The position numbers were made by a program, and so were the translations under genes. Below are positions 8,946-17,734 of a stretch of 32,000 nucleotides of DNA, piece by piece. The notes below the pieces were generated by a model. The model was not told the DNA's origin. It did not search any database and saw only the letters and a list, made by a program, of their open reading frames with translations. Source of the stretch: Candidatus Iainarchaeum sp. (GTDB lineage Archaea > Iainarchaeota > Iainarchaeia > Iainarchaeales > CSSED10-239); the NCBI GenBank assembly GCA_028700115.1, contig JAQVTI010000001.1, positions 150,001 through 182,000 on the forward strand, read 5' to 3'. Positions within the stretch are counted from its first letter, which is position 1. The number at the start of each line of letters is the position of its first letter.

Positions 8946-10277
8946 CTAAACAAAATCAATAGAATTTGCAAGTAATTCTATTTCTGAAGAAAAACCATTA
9001 AGTTTAGCTCTTCCTTTAATTTTTATTCTTTTACCTAAAAGATCATCTTCAAGCTTAGAAAAAATATTTTCTTTTTCTTCTTCAGAAAATTCTTTTATAA
9101 AATCTTCTTTTTTAATATTAAATATTTTTTCAACAACTTCTTTAAAGAAAACAACCTTTAAAATACCAGTACCATCATCTACATCAATAGATGCAAAAAG
9201 ATTAACTTCAGGATTATCAACTTCTTTATTACATTTTTCACAAATAAATGATTCATTTATTAATTGTATTTTTTCTTTACAATCAGGACATTTAAAATAT
9301 CTTAATTTATTTCTATTTACAGAAACAATAGTAGCTTCAATTTCATAATTTTTAGAATCTTCTAAAGAAGAAATTGTTGAATTTTCATAACTTTGAGAAA
9401 AAGCATCTATTAATTGCTCTAAAGAAGGAATATTTAAATTATTTTTTGGATTTTTAAAAATTGTAGAATTCCAATTAATATTTATTTCAAAATCATATAA
9501 ACCTTCTCTTACATTTACATCTGTTAATTTTACAATATCTCCTCTTTTATAATCTTTTTCAAAAGTATGTGCTAATTGATCCCAAGCAGTACACTTTATA
9601 GACTTTATTCCATCAGAAATTTCAAAATTTAAAACAAATCTTTTTTTTTGATTTTTATCTTCAAATTCTCTAATAGGATAAATAGCTATAATTCTTCCAA
9701 TAGTTTCAATTAATTTATCAGTTAAATCAATTTCAGAAACTTTTATAAAAATATTTTCAATAGGTTTAATATCAGGAGCATTTTCTGGAAGAATAATGCT
9801 TCCTCCATATCTTAAAGCAAGTTCTTTATTATCATTATAAGTTGTAACATATGCATCTTTTATTAAAACTAAAGAATTTTTTTCTAAATTTAAAGAATCT
9901 ATTAAATCTACTTTTTCATTAAAAAGATTTAATTTAATTTCACCAGTATCATCTTGTAAAAAAACATTTTGAATTTTCCCAAGAGAACCATCCTTTGCAT
10001 TATATGTTTTAAAAGGTGGGATAGATTTTACTCTAGCATATAAACTAACCCCATCTTGAGAAGAAGAAATTTCTGAAATTTTATATATAGAAGAAGTAGA
10101 TTTTATATCTAAATCTACATTATATTGCTTTGCAAGCATTATATTTGCACCAACATCAGAAAGTAGACCTTGATATTTATCTTTTATTTTATTTATTTCT
10201 TCTAAAAGCTCTTCATCAGTTTTCTTAGTTTCAACTTTTATTTTTTTAAAAATATCTTCAGCATTATTTAATTGCAT
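8946..10277 (-). CDS. rpa: Replication protein A-like ssDNA-binding protein with OB folds and Zn finger
   Basis: Repeated OB-like segments, e.g. GRIIAIYPIREFEDKNQKKRFVLNFEISDGIKSIKCTAWDQLAHTF, and Zn motif CPDCKEKIQLINESFICEKCN. Confidence 0.85.
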   Translation of the reverse strand: MQLNNAEDIFKKIKVETKKTDEELLEEINKIKDKYQGLLSDVGANIMLAKQYNVDLDIKSTSSIYKISEISSSQDGVSLYARVKSIPPFKTYNAKDGSLGKIQNVFLQDDTGEIKLNLFNEKVDLIDSLNLEKNSLVLIKDAYVTTYNDNKELALRYGGSIILPENAPDIKPIENIFIKVSEIDLTDKLIETIGRIIAIYPIREFEDKNQKKRFVLNFEISDGIKSIKCTAWDQLAHTFEKDYKRGDIVKLTDVNVREGLYDFEININWNSTIFKNPKNNLNIPSLEQLIDAFSQSYENSTISSLEDSKNYEIEATIVSVNRNKLRYFKCPDCKEKIQLINESFICEKCNKEVDNPEVNLFASIDVDDGTGILKVVFFKEVVEKIFNIKKEDFIKEFSEEEKENIFSKLEDDLLGKRIKIKGRAKLNGFSSEIELLANSIDFV

Positions 10278-10507
10278 AATTTAAAACCATTTTTATTTTT
10301 TTAATTTTTTATAAAAATTTTAAAAAAATTATAATATAAATATATATTAATAAAGAAAATATTAATAAAAGGGTAAGAATATAAAATAATACAAAAAATA
10401 AAACCAATTTAAAAATATTAAAATAAATATAATTATAAATATATTAGACTAAATATATTAAATAAAATATATTTTAGAAAATAAAAATTTATAAAAAGTG
10501 TAAAAAA

Positions 10508-12817
10508 ATGAAGATAGGAAAATATACTGTTGGAAACTACATAGTTACTCAAGAAGGAAATAAAAAAAAATTAGTTTTTGACTGTAGAAACTGTCCATAT
10601 AATACATCAATTGCAGAAGATGCAAGATGTAGATACCATGTTTTAAAAACATTAGAAACAATAGATGCAGATGAAATAATATTAGCAGAAGTATATGAAA
10701 GAAGCTATGATAAAATACAAACAAAATTTTTAAAAGAAATGGTAAATCTTGGGATGGATTTTGAAAATAAAGCTGTTTGGGTTTCAGAACATTTAAATAT
10801 TAATGATATTGATTGCGATCAATGTTACCCACAAAGACATAATAATATTTTAAAATTTGCAAGAGAACTAATCTCATATGACCCAATAGCATCATATATA
10901 ACTTTATTAAAAGAAATAGAAAACAATAAAACAAGAGAAGAAGACTCAAAAGGAAAAGAATGCGAAAAATGCTTTACTGCAAATATAAATCATTTATTAA
11001 ATTTAAAAAAACAATATGAAAAAACTGAGTTTATTAGAAGAATCAAACCAATTTTAGTAAAAAGCAAAGATCTTTCTGACTTAACAGATATTTATAGAAC
11101 CATTTTTGAAGTAGAAATAAAACCATCTTTTATTGGATCTAAAATATCTTTTGAAAATATGGATAAATTAGAACTAATAGACGAATACCAAGTATTAAAC
11201 ACAAATGTACAAATATTTAAACATCCAGAAAAAATAGAATATATGTATATGATTAACCCCCCAGAGTACACACTTTCTCCAGACCATTATTTTGTACTTA
11301 CAAAAACAAAAGAAACTGTTGCAAACTATGCTCCTGGAACAGTTACTCTTACAACAGGGGATTCAACTAGAAAATACTTTCAAAGAATATATCAAAGCAC
11401 AATAACAGATATTGCACGAAAATTTGCAATAAACATAAATGCAGAAGACATTTTTGCACTTTCTGAAATAGTTACAAGATATACAATTGGATATGGAATT
11501 TTAGAATTACTACTTTCAGACAGACAAGTAACAGATGTTTATCTAGACTCACCACTTGGTTCAAAACCAATCTATTTAGTTCACTCTAAATATGGACAAT
11601 GCCAAACAAACATACAATACCCAGAAAGCGATGCTGAAAGCTTTATTGGAAAAATTAGAGCAATGTCTGGAAGACCATTTGATGATGCACATCCAATTTT
11701 AGACTTTGATTTACCAGATCTTAACACAAGAATTGCAATTATTGGAAGACCTCTTGCAACTGATGGGATTGCATTTGCATTCAGACTTCATAAAGACACT
11801 CCTTGGACTCTACCACAGTTAATAAATGTAAAATCACTTAACTCACTTGCAGCAGGTATGCTTTCATTTTTTATAGATAATAATTCAACTATGCTAATTG
11901 CAGGATCACGTGGTGCAGGAAAAACTTCTTTAATGACTTCTTTAATGCTTGAGATTCTACAAAACAGTAGAATCATAGTTCAAGAAGACACATTAGAACT
12001 TCCTGTAATGTACATGAAAGATATTGGGTTTAATGCCCAAAGACTAAAAACAAGATCTGCAATTGGTGGAACAGGAGATCTAGCAACATCTGAAGTTAAA
12101 CCAGAAGATGCTCTAAGAACAGCTTTAAGACTTGGTGACTCTGCTTTAATTGTTGGGGAAGTTAGAAGTGTTGAGGCTAAAGTTTTATATGAAGCCATGA
12201 GAATTGGTGCAGCTGGAAATGTTGTTATGGGAACAATACATGCTGATTCAGCTTATGCAGTTTGGGATAGAGTTGTAAATGATCTAGAAGTTCCAACAAC
12301 TTCTTTTAAGGCAACTGATATTGTAGTTGTTGCAAAGCCTATAAGATTTAAAGGATCTTTAAAAAACCATAGAAGAGTAGTTCAAATCACAGAAGTTAGA
12401 AAGCATTGGAATAATGATCCAGATGCAGAAGGCGGACTTTTAAACTTAATGGAATATGATGCTTCAAAAGATACACTTGTTTTAAATGAAGATGCTCTAA
12501 AAGACTCTGAGATGTTTACAAAGATAAGTAAACTTTCTGGTATGAAGATAGAAGAGATTTGGGAGAACATTAACTTAAGGTCAAAAGAGAAACAGTTCCA
12601 AGTAGATTTTGCAAAAGAAAAAGATGTGATTGAAATTTTAGAGGCAGAACACACTGTTTTTGCACACAACAAGCTTCTTATCATGAAAGAAGAATATTTG
12701 GAGTATTATAATGATAAGCTAGATTATAATGATTTATACGAAAAATGGAAAAAATGGTATACAGAAAGCTTTGCTCCAAGAGTAATTAAAAGAATAAAAG
12801 ATAATAGAATTGAATAA
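10508..12817 (+). CDS. Type II/IV secretion (archaellum/pilus/Tad-type) ATPase with Cys-rich N-terminal domain
   Basis: MLIAGSRGAGKTSLMTSLMLEIL (Walker A), IIVQEDTLELPV, ALRTALRLGDSALIVGEVRSVEAKVLYEAM and GTIHADSAYAVWDRV. Confidence 0.92.
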   Translation: MKIGKYTVGNYIVTQEGNKKKLVFDCRNCPYNTSIAEDARCRYHVLKTLETIDADEIILAEVYERSYDKIQTKFLKEMVNLGMDFENKAVWVSEHLNINDIDCDQCYPQRHNNILKFARELISYDPIASYITLLKEIENNKTREEDSKGKECEKCFTANINHLLNLKKQYEKTEFIRRIKPILVKSKDLSDLTDIYRTIFEVEIKPSFIGSKISFENMDKLELIDEYQVLNTNVQIFKHPEKIEYMYMINPPEYTLSPDHYFVLTKTKETVANYAPGTVTLTTGDSTRKYFQRIYQSTITDIARKFAININAEDIFALSEIVTRYTIGYGILELLLSDRQVTDVYLDSPLGSKPIYLVHSKYGQCQTNIQYPESDAESFIGKIRAMSGRPFDDAHPILDFDLPDLNTRIAIIGRPLATDGIAFAFRLHKDTPWTLPQLINVKSLNSLAAGMLSFFIDNNSTMLIAGSRGAGKTSLMTSLMLEILQNSRIIVQEDTLELPVMYMKDIGFNAQRLKTRSAIGGTGDLATSEVKPEDALRTALRLGDSALIVGEVRSVEAKVLYEAMRIGAAGNVVMGTIHADSAYAVWDRVVNDLEVPTTSFKATDIVVVAKPIRFKGSLKNHRRVVQITEVRKHWNNDPDAEGGLLNLMEYDASKDTLVLNEDALKDSEMFTKISKLSGMKIEEIWENINLRSKEKQFQVDFAKEKDVIEILEAEHTVFAHNKLLIMKEEYLEYYNDKLDYNDLYEKWKKWYTESFAPRVIKRIKDNRIE

Positions 12818-12818
12818 A

Positions 12819-13019
12819 TTATTCTATTATCTTCCATTGTCCTTTTTTTGTAGAACCAATTCTCTTTAATTTACCTTTTTCTTTTAATTTAGATATATTC
12901 CACTCAACACCCCTAACAGATAATCCAACTTTTAAAGATAATTCTTTTACAGTAATATTAGGATTTTTCTTAATTAATAAAATTATTTTATCCACAGTTT
13001 CTTCCACAGTCTCTTCCAC
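12819..13019 (-). CDS. Small winged-helix/HTH transcriptional regulator-like protein
   Basis: 66-aa ITVKELSLKVGLSVRGVEWNISKLKEKGKLKRIGSTKKGQWKII has the layout of a wHTH. The listed start codon is GTG. Confidence 0.6.
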   Translation of the reverse strand: MEETVEETVDKIILLIKKNPNITVKELSLKVGLSVRGVEWNISKLKEKGKLKRIGSTKKGQWKIIE

Positions 13020-13028
13020 AGTCTCTTC
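12993..13028. repeat. Three tandem 12-bp units at the 5' end of the small wHTH gene
   Basis: On the minus strand: gaagagactgtg, gaagagactgtg, gaagaaactgtg, encoding EETV three times. Confidence 0.9.
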
Positions 13029-13065
13029 AAAAATTATTTAAAAACAAATAAAATATATATAATTT

Positions 13066-13080
13066 TCTAAAAGTCAACTA
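13066..13080. promoter_or_regulatory. Copy 1 of motif TCTAAAAGTCAACTA
   Basis: Exact 15-mer; also present at 15194-15208 and 15227-15241. Confidence 0.5.
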
Positions 13081-13174
13081 ATTAATTAGCAAACTAATTA
13101 AATAATATAGAATAATTTATAAATATAATAAACAATATTAATATATTATTTAAAAAAACAAAACAAGAGAAAAC

Positions 13175-13801
13175 ATGAAATTATTTAATAGAGTTAGAAA
13201 ACCTAAAAGAGAGACACCTCATAAGATAATAGAAAAAACATATAAAATAAATGAACTTGAAGCAGCTTTTACAAAAGAGAAAGGCAAAAACTCAAAATTA
13301 AAAGAAATAAATGCAGTTAGAAGAAAAGATTCAGGTAAATTTGTTTTAGGAGATATTAAAGATAAATTTTACCACACACATATTCTAGATAGTCTAAAAG
13401 AAAGAAATAAATTAATACCTAGTCCAGAAGACATAGTTACATCTAGTTTACTTAAAAGATATAAGAATGTAAAAAACAATGGTGTTTTTCTAATACACAA
13501 AGGTAAAGAAATTGGAAAAATACATTTTAGATTAAGTGATAAATTTATTAAAGATATTAGAGAAGGAACAGAGAGAGCAAGTAAGACTAATAAAGATATT
13601 AATAAGGTTGATTTTTTTAATGCATTTCTAAAACTAAGAATAAGTAATATTTATTCTTTTAATATTTTAAAAGATAAAATGACTTTAGAAAAACAAGTTA
13701 AGATAATTAATGAACTTAAAAAAGAAGGTATACAAATAAAATATAAAGCAATGCCTGGATATAAGTTTAATGAAAAAACTATGCTTTTTGAAAAAGCATA
13801 A
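13175..13801 (+). CDS. Uncharacterized 208-aa protein
   Basis: Uninterrupted ORF with plausible composition. Contains FYHTHILDSLKERNKLIPSPEDI, weakly reminiscent of the JAB/JAMM HxH...SxxD motif. Confidence 0.65.
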   Translation: MKLFNRVRKPKRETPHKIIEKTYKINELEAAFTKEKGKNSKLKEINAVRRKDSGKFVLGDIKDKFYHTHILDSLKERNKLIPSPEDIVTSSLLKRYKNVKNNGVFLIHKGKEIGKIHFRLSDKFIKDIREGTERASKTNKDINKVDFFNAFLKLRISNIYSFNILKDKMTLEKQVKIINELKKEGIQIKYKAMPGYKFNEKTMLFEKA

Positions 13802-13825
13802 AACTAATTTTATTTTTATAAAAAA
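13773..13825 (+). repeat. 53-bp perfect direct repeat, copy 1
   Basis: aaaaaactatgctttttgaaaaagcataaaactaattttatttttataaaaaa, identical to 15282-15334; contains palindrome atgctttttgaaaaagcat. Confidence 0.93.
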
Positions 13826-15159
13826 CTTTTTGGTTTTTCTAACATAGCTAAAAACATACATACAGGTATAACTAAATTATTATTTAGATTAATATCTGCA
13901 GGTGCAACTAAATTTTTTGAAAGCATAATATATTCATCAACATCTTCTATAAAATTAGGTTTTTTAAATTTATTTCTATATTTAACTTCAATTGCTTTAT
14001 TTTTAAAAACAAAATCAATTTCTTTTTGATCTACATTATAATATTTTAATTCTAAATTATAAATATTTTGTAAATGACTACCAACTGTATTTTCTACAAG
14101 CTTACCTAAAAAAGTATCATTAAATAAAAGAGATCTACTTTCTTCAAAAGAATCTAAATTATTTGAATAGTTTAATAAAGAATGAATAATAAAAGGATCT
14201 TTAATATAAAATTTCTTTAAAAGATCTCTTGCAGATTCTTTTATTTCAAAAATAATTAATAATTCTTTTAATTCATTTAAATATTTTTTAATAGTATCTA
14301 TAGAATAACCTGTTTTTTCACTAATAGTTGTATATTTTAAAGAACCAGTTAAAGATTCAATTAAAACTTTTAATATTTCAATAGATTTTGTTTTATCCAT
14401 TTTTTCAAATATTTTTTGAATAATATCTTCATAATATTTTTCAGAAATTGAATTATTTTTAAAATAAGAGTTTATAGTTTCTGGAAAACCACCTGTTAAT
14501 AAATAAATATTAAAATATTTATTAATTTCATCAAAATAAGATTCTATATTTAAAAATTTACTAAGTATATCTTCATTAGATAAATTTAAATTAATTTCAG
14601 ACTTAACTAAAAGGTTATATAAACTTAAATTATCAGTTTTAGTTATATTTAAAAGAAATTGCCTAAAAGTTAAAGAAGACATAACTTTTATTTCTTCAGA
14701 TCTTCCAATTAATGCTTGTTTACATTCTTCAATTTTTCTAGGATCAGAACCAGTAACTACTAAACAAATATCTTTTAATAAATTAGAATCTTTTAAAGCT
14801 TTTAAAAAGGCACAACTATTTTGTAAAGATTGAATCTCATCAAATAAAATAATTTTAATAGGATATAAATTAATTATTTTTTCCATTTGCCTAAATAGTT
14901 CTTTTTCTTTTAAATTTAATAAAATATCAAAATTAAAATAAATTACTTCCTTTGAATTAGTAGAATAAGCAATTTGTTTTAAATAAATTGTTTTTCCTAC
15001 TCTTCTAGGTCCTTTAATTAAATTTATAGTCCCAGGAGTAAGATTTATAGAATCTCTAGTTATAATATATTTATTTTTAGATAAATTATCTATATCTGGA
15101 TCTTTTTTTCCTGAAAACCAGGGATTTTGACTTAAAACAACATTCCAATCTAAAGGCAT
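13816..15159 (-). CDS. AAA+ ATPase with C-terminal DUF4143-like domain
   Basis: Walker A KGPRRVGKTIYLKQI, Walker B IKIILFDEIQSL, VVTGSDP, LLTGGFPETI, and C-terminal NVDQKEIDFVFKNKAIEVKYRNKF. Confidence 0.82.
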   Translation of the reverse strand: MPLDWNVVLSQNPWFSGKKDPDIDNLSKNKYIITRDSINLTPGTINLIKGPRRVGKTIYLKQIAYSTNSKEVIYFNFDILLNLKEKELFRQMEKIINLYPIKIILFDEIQSLQNSCAFLKALKDSNLLKDICLVVTGSDPRKIEECKQALIGRSEEIKVMSSLTFRQFLLNITKTDNLSLYNLLVKSEINLNLSNEDILSKFLNIESYFDEINKYFNIYLLTGGFPETINSYFKNNSISEKYYEDIIQKIFEKMDKTKSIEILKVLIESLTGSLKYTTISEKTGYSIDTIKKYLNELKELLIIFEIKESARDLLKKFYIKDPFIIHSLLNYSNNLDSFEESRSLLFNDTFLGKLVENTVGSHLQNIYNLELKYYNVDQKEIDFVFKNKAIEVKYRNKFKKPNFIEDVDEYIMLSKNLVAPADINLNNNLVIPVCMFLAMLEKPKSFL

Positions 15160-15193
15160 ATATTAATTATACACCTATAAGTTTATAAATTTA

Positions 15194-15272
15194 TCTAAAA
15201 GTCAACTAGTTAACTAGTTGAAATTATCTAAAAGTCAACTAATTAACTAATTAACTAATTAACTAATTAATT
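15194..15272. repeat. Two further copies of TCTAAAAGTCAACTA, an 18-bp palindrome and AACTAATT octamer repeats
   Basis: 15-mers at 15194-15208 and 15227-15241; perfect palindrome CAACTAGTTAACTAGTTG at 15203-15220; AACTAATT iterated afterwards. Confidence 0.85.
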
Positions 15273-15281
15273 AAATAATAA

Positions 15282-15334
15282 AAAAAACTATGCTTTTTGA
15301 AAAAGCATAAAACTAATTTTATTTTTATAAAAAA
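15282..15334 (+). repeat. 53-bp perfect direct repeat, copy 2
   Basis: Identical to 13773-13825. Confidence 0.93.
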
Positions 15335-15335
15335 A

Positions 15336-15911
15336 TCATACATTAATATAGTCTTTATGAATATACTCTTTTACAAATAATAAAACATCTTTATTTGTAA
15401 ATTGATTTATACTCTTTTTATGATCTTCAAAAAACAGTTCATAACAATATCTAAGATATGAAGGATTAAGAGTTTTTACTTGGTTAAAAAATTTAACTTT
15501 TAACTCTTTAGAAATATCTAATTCTTTTATTTTTTTATCTAATTTATATTTTAAGATATTTCCTTGTCTATCAGATCTATTAACATAGATTTCTGCTTCA
15601 CGTTTTTCTATTTGTGCATATTTTAAAAAATGTTCAACAATTTTTATATATTCTTTTTGAGTTAGTTTTTTCATTAACTCTTTTGTAGTCATGTTTTTTT
15701 TATCTCTTAAAAGAATATTATGCATATGAAAAACAATATCAGAATCTGATAAAAATTTATCTTTTTGTTTAATTAGTTCTCTTAGTTTAGGGTCTACTAC
15801 TTTTTGATTTAGTTTCTTTGTAGACCTATTTCTAGTTATTTTAAAACTTTGTCTTTTTTCCTTAAATGTATAAGGTTTATTTGTTTTTGGATTTATTTTT
15901 CTAAAAGGCAT
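15336..15911 (-). CDS. Uncharacterized 191-aa protein
   Basis: Open, uninterrupted, lysine-rich ORF starting MPFRKINPKTNKPYTFKEKRQSFK; no family recognised. Confidence 0.6.
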   Translation of the reverse strand: MPFRKINPKTNKPYTFKEKRQSFKITRNRSTKKLNQKVVDPKLRELIKQKDKFLSDSDIVFHMHNILLRDKKNMTTKELMKKLTQKEYIKIVEHFLKYAQIEKREAEIYVNRSDRQGNILKYKLDKKIKELDISKELKVKFFNQVKTLNPSYLRYCYELFFEDHKKSINQFTNKDVLLFVKEYIHKDYINV

Positions 15912-16013
15912 AAATAATTAACTCTTTTATATTATAACAAATATATAAAAGATAAATAAATTTATAAATAGTAATTTTTATTAAAAAAATAAATTTTTTT
16001 AAAGAAAATTCAT

Positions 16014-16757
16014 TTAATTAATTTTATTTAAAATAAACTTACAAATAAGTTTAAAATCTAATCTATATTTTTTTAAAATATAATGATTTGTTGAATTATT
16101 ATACAATTTTATTTTATAATCATCATTTATTATATTATTTAATTTATTAATAACTATAGATTTATCTTTTATTGGAAAATTATTATCTTTTAGTATAACA
16201 TAGATATCATAAATATCTTTACCTTCATCTCTATTTATAAAAGCTTTAATTTTTTGATAAAATAATTCTTCTAAACTATAAACATTAAAATAAGATATAT
16301 CAAAATCAACAAATCCAGGATAAATTATTTTTTTATTAATATCAGGCATATCTTTATTATTTAATCTAAATTCAAGCATAATTTTATCTTTTTGATTAAT
16401 CTCATTAATATACTGAATATCAAATCTAATTGTTTTATTCATGATTCTTGGTTTATTTACAATATAAGATTTCAAATATTTTTTTAAAATTAAATAAATA
16501 TCTTCTTTTAAAATATTTATTTCTTTTTTAGAAAAAATATCAAAATCAATATCTTCAGAAAATCTTTTAAATTTATTAAAATAAACTCTATTTAAAGAAG
16601 TTCCTCCTTTTAATATTATATTATCAAATTTATTCTCTAATAATTTAAATATTTTTGAAATTTCTTTATCTTTTATAATATAATTTGTAGATAATCCAGT
16701 ATCTAAACAAATTTTTCTAATAAGTTTTATATCCATTAATTTAATACCACCAATCAA
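16014..16757 (-). CDS. abiEii: AbiEii-family nucleotidyltransferase toxin (operon 1)
   Basis: NIILKGGTSLNRVYFNKFKRFSEDIDFDIF signature and LEELFYQKIKAFINRDEGKDIYDIYVIL. Likely start is the ATG near 16736, preceded by GGTGG. Confidence 0.87.
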   Translation of the reverse strand: MIGGIKLMDIKLIRKICLDTGLSTNYIIKDKEISKIFKLLENKFDNIILKGGTSLNRVYFNKFKRFSEDIDFDIFSKKEINILKEDIYLILKKYLKSYIVNKPRIMNKTIRFDIQYINEINQKDKIMLEFRLNNKDMPDINKKIIYPGFVDFDISYFNVYSLEELFYQKIKAFINRDEGKDIYDIYVILKDNNFPIKDKSIVINKLNNIINDDYKIKLYNNSTNHYILKKYRLDFKLICKFILNKIN

Positions 16758-17529
16758 TTATATTTTTTTCACCTAAATTATCTTTTAGTTTCCATTTATC
16801 TATATATTTTGATTTTTTATTATTTATATTTAATAAATAAGTATTAGATTTGTCTTGAGATAATAAATATTTTAAAAAATAATTAGGTATTTTTAAATTT
16901 GTATTTTTAAGTAAAATATCTAAAATATAGCCAGTAATTTGATTTTGTCTTTTACTAGAGTATTTTTTATAAATTAATAATAATTTATTCCAATTTATTT
17001 TATTTGAACCTAAATATATAGCTTTAGATAAAATAGAATAACTACCTATATATTTAAATTTATTAAAACAATCAAATATAGTTTTTTCTAAAGAAGAAAT
17101 ATAAATATTATCTATTCTTATAAAATCATTATAAAAATTAGTATTTATATATTTTAGATTATATTCATATAATTTAATATTTTTAGATTTTTTATTAGTA
17201 GAAATATATATGTTGAAAGGATGGTAATCTATTAAACCATAATAAAATAAAGCAGATGAAAAAGAAATATATCCAGGATATAAATTAGTTGCTATTTCAA
17301 AAAGATCATTTATTGAAAAAATATCTTTTTTAATATAATTATTTTTTTTAAGATTTAATAAATACCCTTTATCTTTTAATTGTTTTAATAAAAAATTAAT
17401 CTTATAATTAGAATAATCTTTAAAAGCAGATTTTAAATCATTGTTTTTTAATATATTATTCTTTTTTTTAGAATCTATATAGTTATACAAATAATTTTCA
17501 TTATTTGTTAATTGGTTATTTTTTTGCAT
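16741..17529 (-). CDS. abiEi: AbiEi-like antitoxin / transcriptional regulator (operon 1)
   Basis: N-terminal wHTH-like region, YPGYISFSSALFYYGLIDYHP, IDNIYISSLEKTIFDCFNKFKYIG; overlaps the AbiEii start. Confidence 0.78.
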   Translation of the reverse strand: MQKNNQLTNNENYLYNYIDSKKKNNILKNNDLKSAFKDYSNYKINFLLKQLKDKGYLLNLKKNNYIKKDIFSINDLFEIATNLYPGYISFSSALFYYGLIDYHPFNIYISTNKKSKNIKLYEYNLKYINTNFYNDFIRIDNIYISSLEKTIFDCFNKFKYIGSYSILSKAIYLGSNKINWNKLLLIYKKYSSKRQNQITGYILDILLKNTNLKIPNYFLKYLLSQDKSNTYLLNINNKKSKYIDKWKLKDNLGEKNIIDWWY

Positions 17530-17734
17530 ATAACATAATTATATTACATAACCTTTAAAAAATTAACCAAAAAATATTTATTTAAAATATATTAAAAATA
17601 AATAAAATTTTAAGAAAAAGAATAAGTTTTAGATTTTTAAAATTTTTTTAAAAATAAAAAAAAGAAAAGAAAGAAAAGGAAATAAATCCTTTATCTTTAA
17701 CGGTTTAGATTTAATCTATTTTATTTTCAAACAT

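Noticed and set aside
11788-12684. Minus-strand ORFs at 11788-11976, 11980-12198 and 12382-12684
   Set aside because: Antisense to the secretion ATPase; composition is the complement of a conserved coding region.
15194-15275. Possible CRISPR array from the repeated AACTAATT/AACTAGTT units
   Set aside because: Units are about 8 bp in tandem with no unique spacers; only two 15-mers 33 bp apart; no cas genes in the window.
13773-15334. Classical insertion sequence or transposon bounded by the 53-bp repeats
   Set aside because: The repeats are direct, there is no transposase-like ORF between them, and no terminal inverted repeats were found; retained only as a duplication/insertion observation.
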